DNA of 64,000 bases. Source: Candidatus Kryptoniota bacterium (GTDB taxonomy: Bacteria; Bacteroidota; Ignavibacteria; Kryptoniales; JAKASW01). Location of the stretch: assembly GCA_024641705.1 (NCBI GenBank), contig JAHECO010000002.1:8282-72281 (forward strand), given 5' to 3'. The stretch's first letter is position 1, and every line of letters begins with the position of its first letter. The notes beneath the pieces were generated by a model that saw only the letters and a list, made by a program, of their open reading frames with translations, searched no databases and was not told the origin of the DNA. Below are positions 62,073 to 64,000 of this stretch, in pieces. The position numbers and the translations under genes are program-made.

Positions 62073-62669
62073 TTACAGGTAGATCGAATTCGTCCGGATA
62101 TAGTCTTCCACAGCGGCCGGTACCATATACCGTATCGATCTTCCGGATTTGACGCGCCTCCGGATGTTCGTCGACGAGATATCGACACTCGGCACATTCA
62201 CGAGTTCAACCTGGGCGAGCAGCCGCTTGTCAACCACGGCGAGATCGAAACCCGGCCGGTTCATTGCGATGAGCCTGCATTCTTTCAGGATCTCCTCGGG
62301 ATGCTTCCATGTATCGAAATCTGTCAGAAGATCTATGCCCATTATGAGATGGAGATCGTCATCAGGCCTGCTCCGCTTCAGCTCCCTGATGGTATCGATC
62401 GTATACGAAGGCCCTTTTCTCCGGAGCTCAATATCCGACAATTCGAAGAACGGGTTCCCCTGTATCGAGAGCCTGACCATCTCAAGCCTGTGCTTTGCCG
62501 GCACCACGTTTTCTTTCATCTTGTGAGGGGGGATTGCTGCGGGTACAAAGAGAATTCTGTCCAGTTTGAGATGATCGCGTACGCTTTCGGCGGCAAGAAG
62601 GTGCGCCAAGTGCGGCGGGTTGAACGTTCCGCCAAAGATCCCAAGTTTCTCGCAGGATCTTCCGGGCAT
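62073..62669 (-). CDS. nadD: Nicotinate-nucleotide adenylyltransferase
   Basis: GIFGGTFNPPHLAHL (the (H/T)xGH nucleotidyltransferase motif) and ISSTNIRRR. The ATG overlaps the upstream TAA by 1 nt. Confidence 0.9.
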   Translation of the reverse strand: MPGRSCEKLGIFGGTFNPPHLAHLLAAESVRDHLKLDRILFVPAAIPPHKMKENVVPAKHRLEMVRLSIQGNPFFELSDIELRRKGPSYTIDTIRELKRSRPDDDLHLIMGIDLLTDFDTWKHPEEILKECRLIAMNRPGFDLAVVDKRLLAQVELVNVPSVDISSTNIRRRVKSGRSIRYMVPAAVEDYIRTNSIYL

Positions 62670-63364
62670 TAAATCTCGCTGTATTTGTCCTTCAAACCGA
62701 GTAGGAAATCAGTCGTACGGCGTGCGTTCTCGATGAGCTGTCCGTTCCTGACAAAAGACGTAAACAGCCTTCTCAAAGCCGCGAGGTCACGTATACACGC
62801 ATACCGGTCGAGGGTAAACATCATCGCGGAAAGAGGGGACGAGATTTTCATAGAAACCTCGAACGGGTCCTTCGCGTTCAGGGCGTCGAATACCTGGACA
62901 TGCGGTTTCTTCAGCCCGACCATGTAAAGCTGGTCGGCGACGTCGGGACCGAGGACGACCACGTCGTCTTCGAGGCTGAGCAATTCGTAGGTATGCCGCA
63001 ACGCCTGAAGCGGGATAAGCGCTGCATCGACGTCGAGGTAAATCAGTTTCTTCGTCCCGTCCGAAAACACATTGTCGACCGCGTTGGCTATCTTGTCCGA
63101 GAACTTGTTCCCGACCGCGGGTTTCAGTTTGTATTCGAAACTCGCGTGCCTGAATACATGTTCGAAGTCCGGGCGGGCGTCCGCGGGGTCGAAATAGACG
63201 TAAGGCTGCGCATGCAGGTGTAAGGCTGCGCGTTCGACAACGTCAAATAGCAGCGACGCGTGAAGCTCCGCCGCCTCTTCGTTGGTCAGAGGAGGCACAA
63301 GATTGATCTTCACTTCTTTCGGGAGCGGAGTTCGCGAGACGACGAGCAGTGATTTCTCTATCAT
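62669..63364 (-). CDS. DUF2064-like (TIGR04282-type nucleotide-diphospho-sugar-transferase fold) protein
   Basis: N-terminal LLVVSRTPLP..VK..L.P.L..EEAAELHASLL and central LIYLDVDAALIP...VVLGPDVADQLYMVGL resemble DUF2064. This is from memory and the conserved KTRL is not exact. Confidence 0.45.
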   Translation of the reverse strand: MIEKSLLVVSRTPLPKEVKINLVPPLTNEEAAELHASLLFDVVERAALHLHAQPYVYFDPADARPDFEHVFRHASFEYKLKPAVGNKFSDKIANAVDNVFSDGTKKLIYLDVDAALIPLQALRHTYELLSLEDDVVVLGPDVADQLYMVGLKKPHVQVFDALNAKDPFEVSMKISSPLSAMMFTLDRYACIRDLAALRRLFTSFVRNGQLIENARRTTDFLLGLKDKYSEI

Positions 63365-63550
63365 GCTGTAAAAAGTTATAACCGATGCGAATAATATTCA
63401 AGAAAATCGCGAAATCATTTTGACTTCCCGAAATTCACGAAGCGCACGCAATATCCAAGATTGAATATCAAACTCCCCTTGATTAAGTTTGCAGGCAAGG
63501 AGCATAACCAACGATTCACAAATTTAGATTCACGGCAACGGATCAGCGAC

Positions 63551-64000
63551 ATGGCACGGTTCGGTTCTGACAGCGTCGTCGAGTCGGTCCGCCAGGCGAC
63601 GGACATCGTCGACATAATATCGCAGTACGTCCGTCTGCAGAAACGCGGCAAGAACTATCTCGGGCTGTGCCCGTTCCACACAGAGAAGACTCCCTCGTTC
63701 ACGGTGAACCGGGAAAAGGGGCTGTACCACTGCTTCGGATGCGGGGCAGGAGGAAACGTCTTCACATTCCTCACCCAGCACGACAAGATATCATTCGGCG
63801 AAGCGCTGAGGCAGCTGGCTGCCCGCGCAAACATAACTCTTCCCTCCTATTCCGACGGGAAACAGAGCGAGGTGGACGAGGTCCTCGACGTCAACGAAAA
63901 GGCTTCCCGATACTACCGGGACATGCTCCGGTCGGACGAAGGCGCCCCCACGCTGTCCTACCTTAAAGACAAGCGGCGATTCAATGACGATTCCATCGAA
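63551..64000 (+). CDS. dnaG: DNA primase, N-terminal part (runs off the window)
   Basis: My own translation from the ATG at 63551 gives IVDIISQYVRLQKRGKNYLGLCPFHTEKTPSFTVNREKGLYHCFGCGAGGNVFTF, the CHC2 zinc finger of DnaG. It is not in the ORF track because there is no stop within the window. Confidence 0.9.
   Translation, partial: MARFGSDSVVESVRQATDIVDIISQYVRLQKRGKNYLGLCPFHTEKTPSFTVNREKGLYHCFGCGAGGNVFTFLTQHDKISFGEALRQLAARANITLPSYSDGKQSEVDEVLDVNEKASRYYRDMLRSDEGAPTLSYLKDKRRFNDDSIE

Overview
This is a gene-dense chromosomal segment of about 55 protein-coding genes from a diderm (Gram-negative-type) bacterium. It looks moderately GC-rich by eye; I did not compute GC. I found no rRNA, tRNA, CRISPR array, transposase or integrase. 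Recognisable housekeeping genes are pyk, a Sir2-family deacetylase, a penicillin-acylase-family Ntn hydrolase, cysS, recN, a metH split into two coupled ORFs, queC, argG-(class IV aminotransferase)-argH-pcrA, murI, glnD, nadD, phoH and the 5' part of dnaG. Between them sit many envelope genes: at least nine predicted outer-membrane (OM) beta-barrels and several lipoproteins. The gene content and OM protein style suggest an FCB-group relative (Ignavibacteria/Bacteroidota-like), but that is only a guess. The items most worth a second look are: (1) a tight three-gene minus-strand operon (33946-40423) that looks like an uncharacterised synthase-dependent exopolysaccharide system. It encodes a 1309-aa periplasmic DUF2334-type deacetylase / glycoside-hydrolase-like fusion, a processive GT2 synthase and an OM barrel. 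(2) A small c-type cytochrome flanked by two OM barrels, one of which carries its own CxxCH motif (598-3587). (3) A five-gene envelope cluster (10981-15936) containing a Tyr/Gly/Pro/Trp-rich lipoprotein with 84-nt tandem repeats. (4) A rubrerythrin / Fe-S oxidoreductase / Dps / DUF3501 / Fur-family cluster behind a perfect sigma70-type promoter. (5) An AT-richer islet with a HicB-like/HicA-like pair. (6) Several unexplained non-coding structures: a nested 124-nt inverted repeat upstream of queC, an octamer tandem repeat, and an 80-nt inverted-repeat element. All family assignments come from motif recognition by eye. No database search was run.
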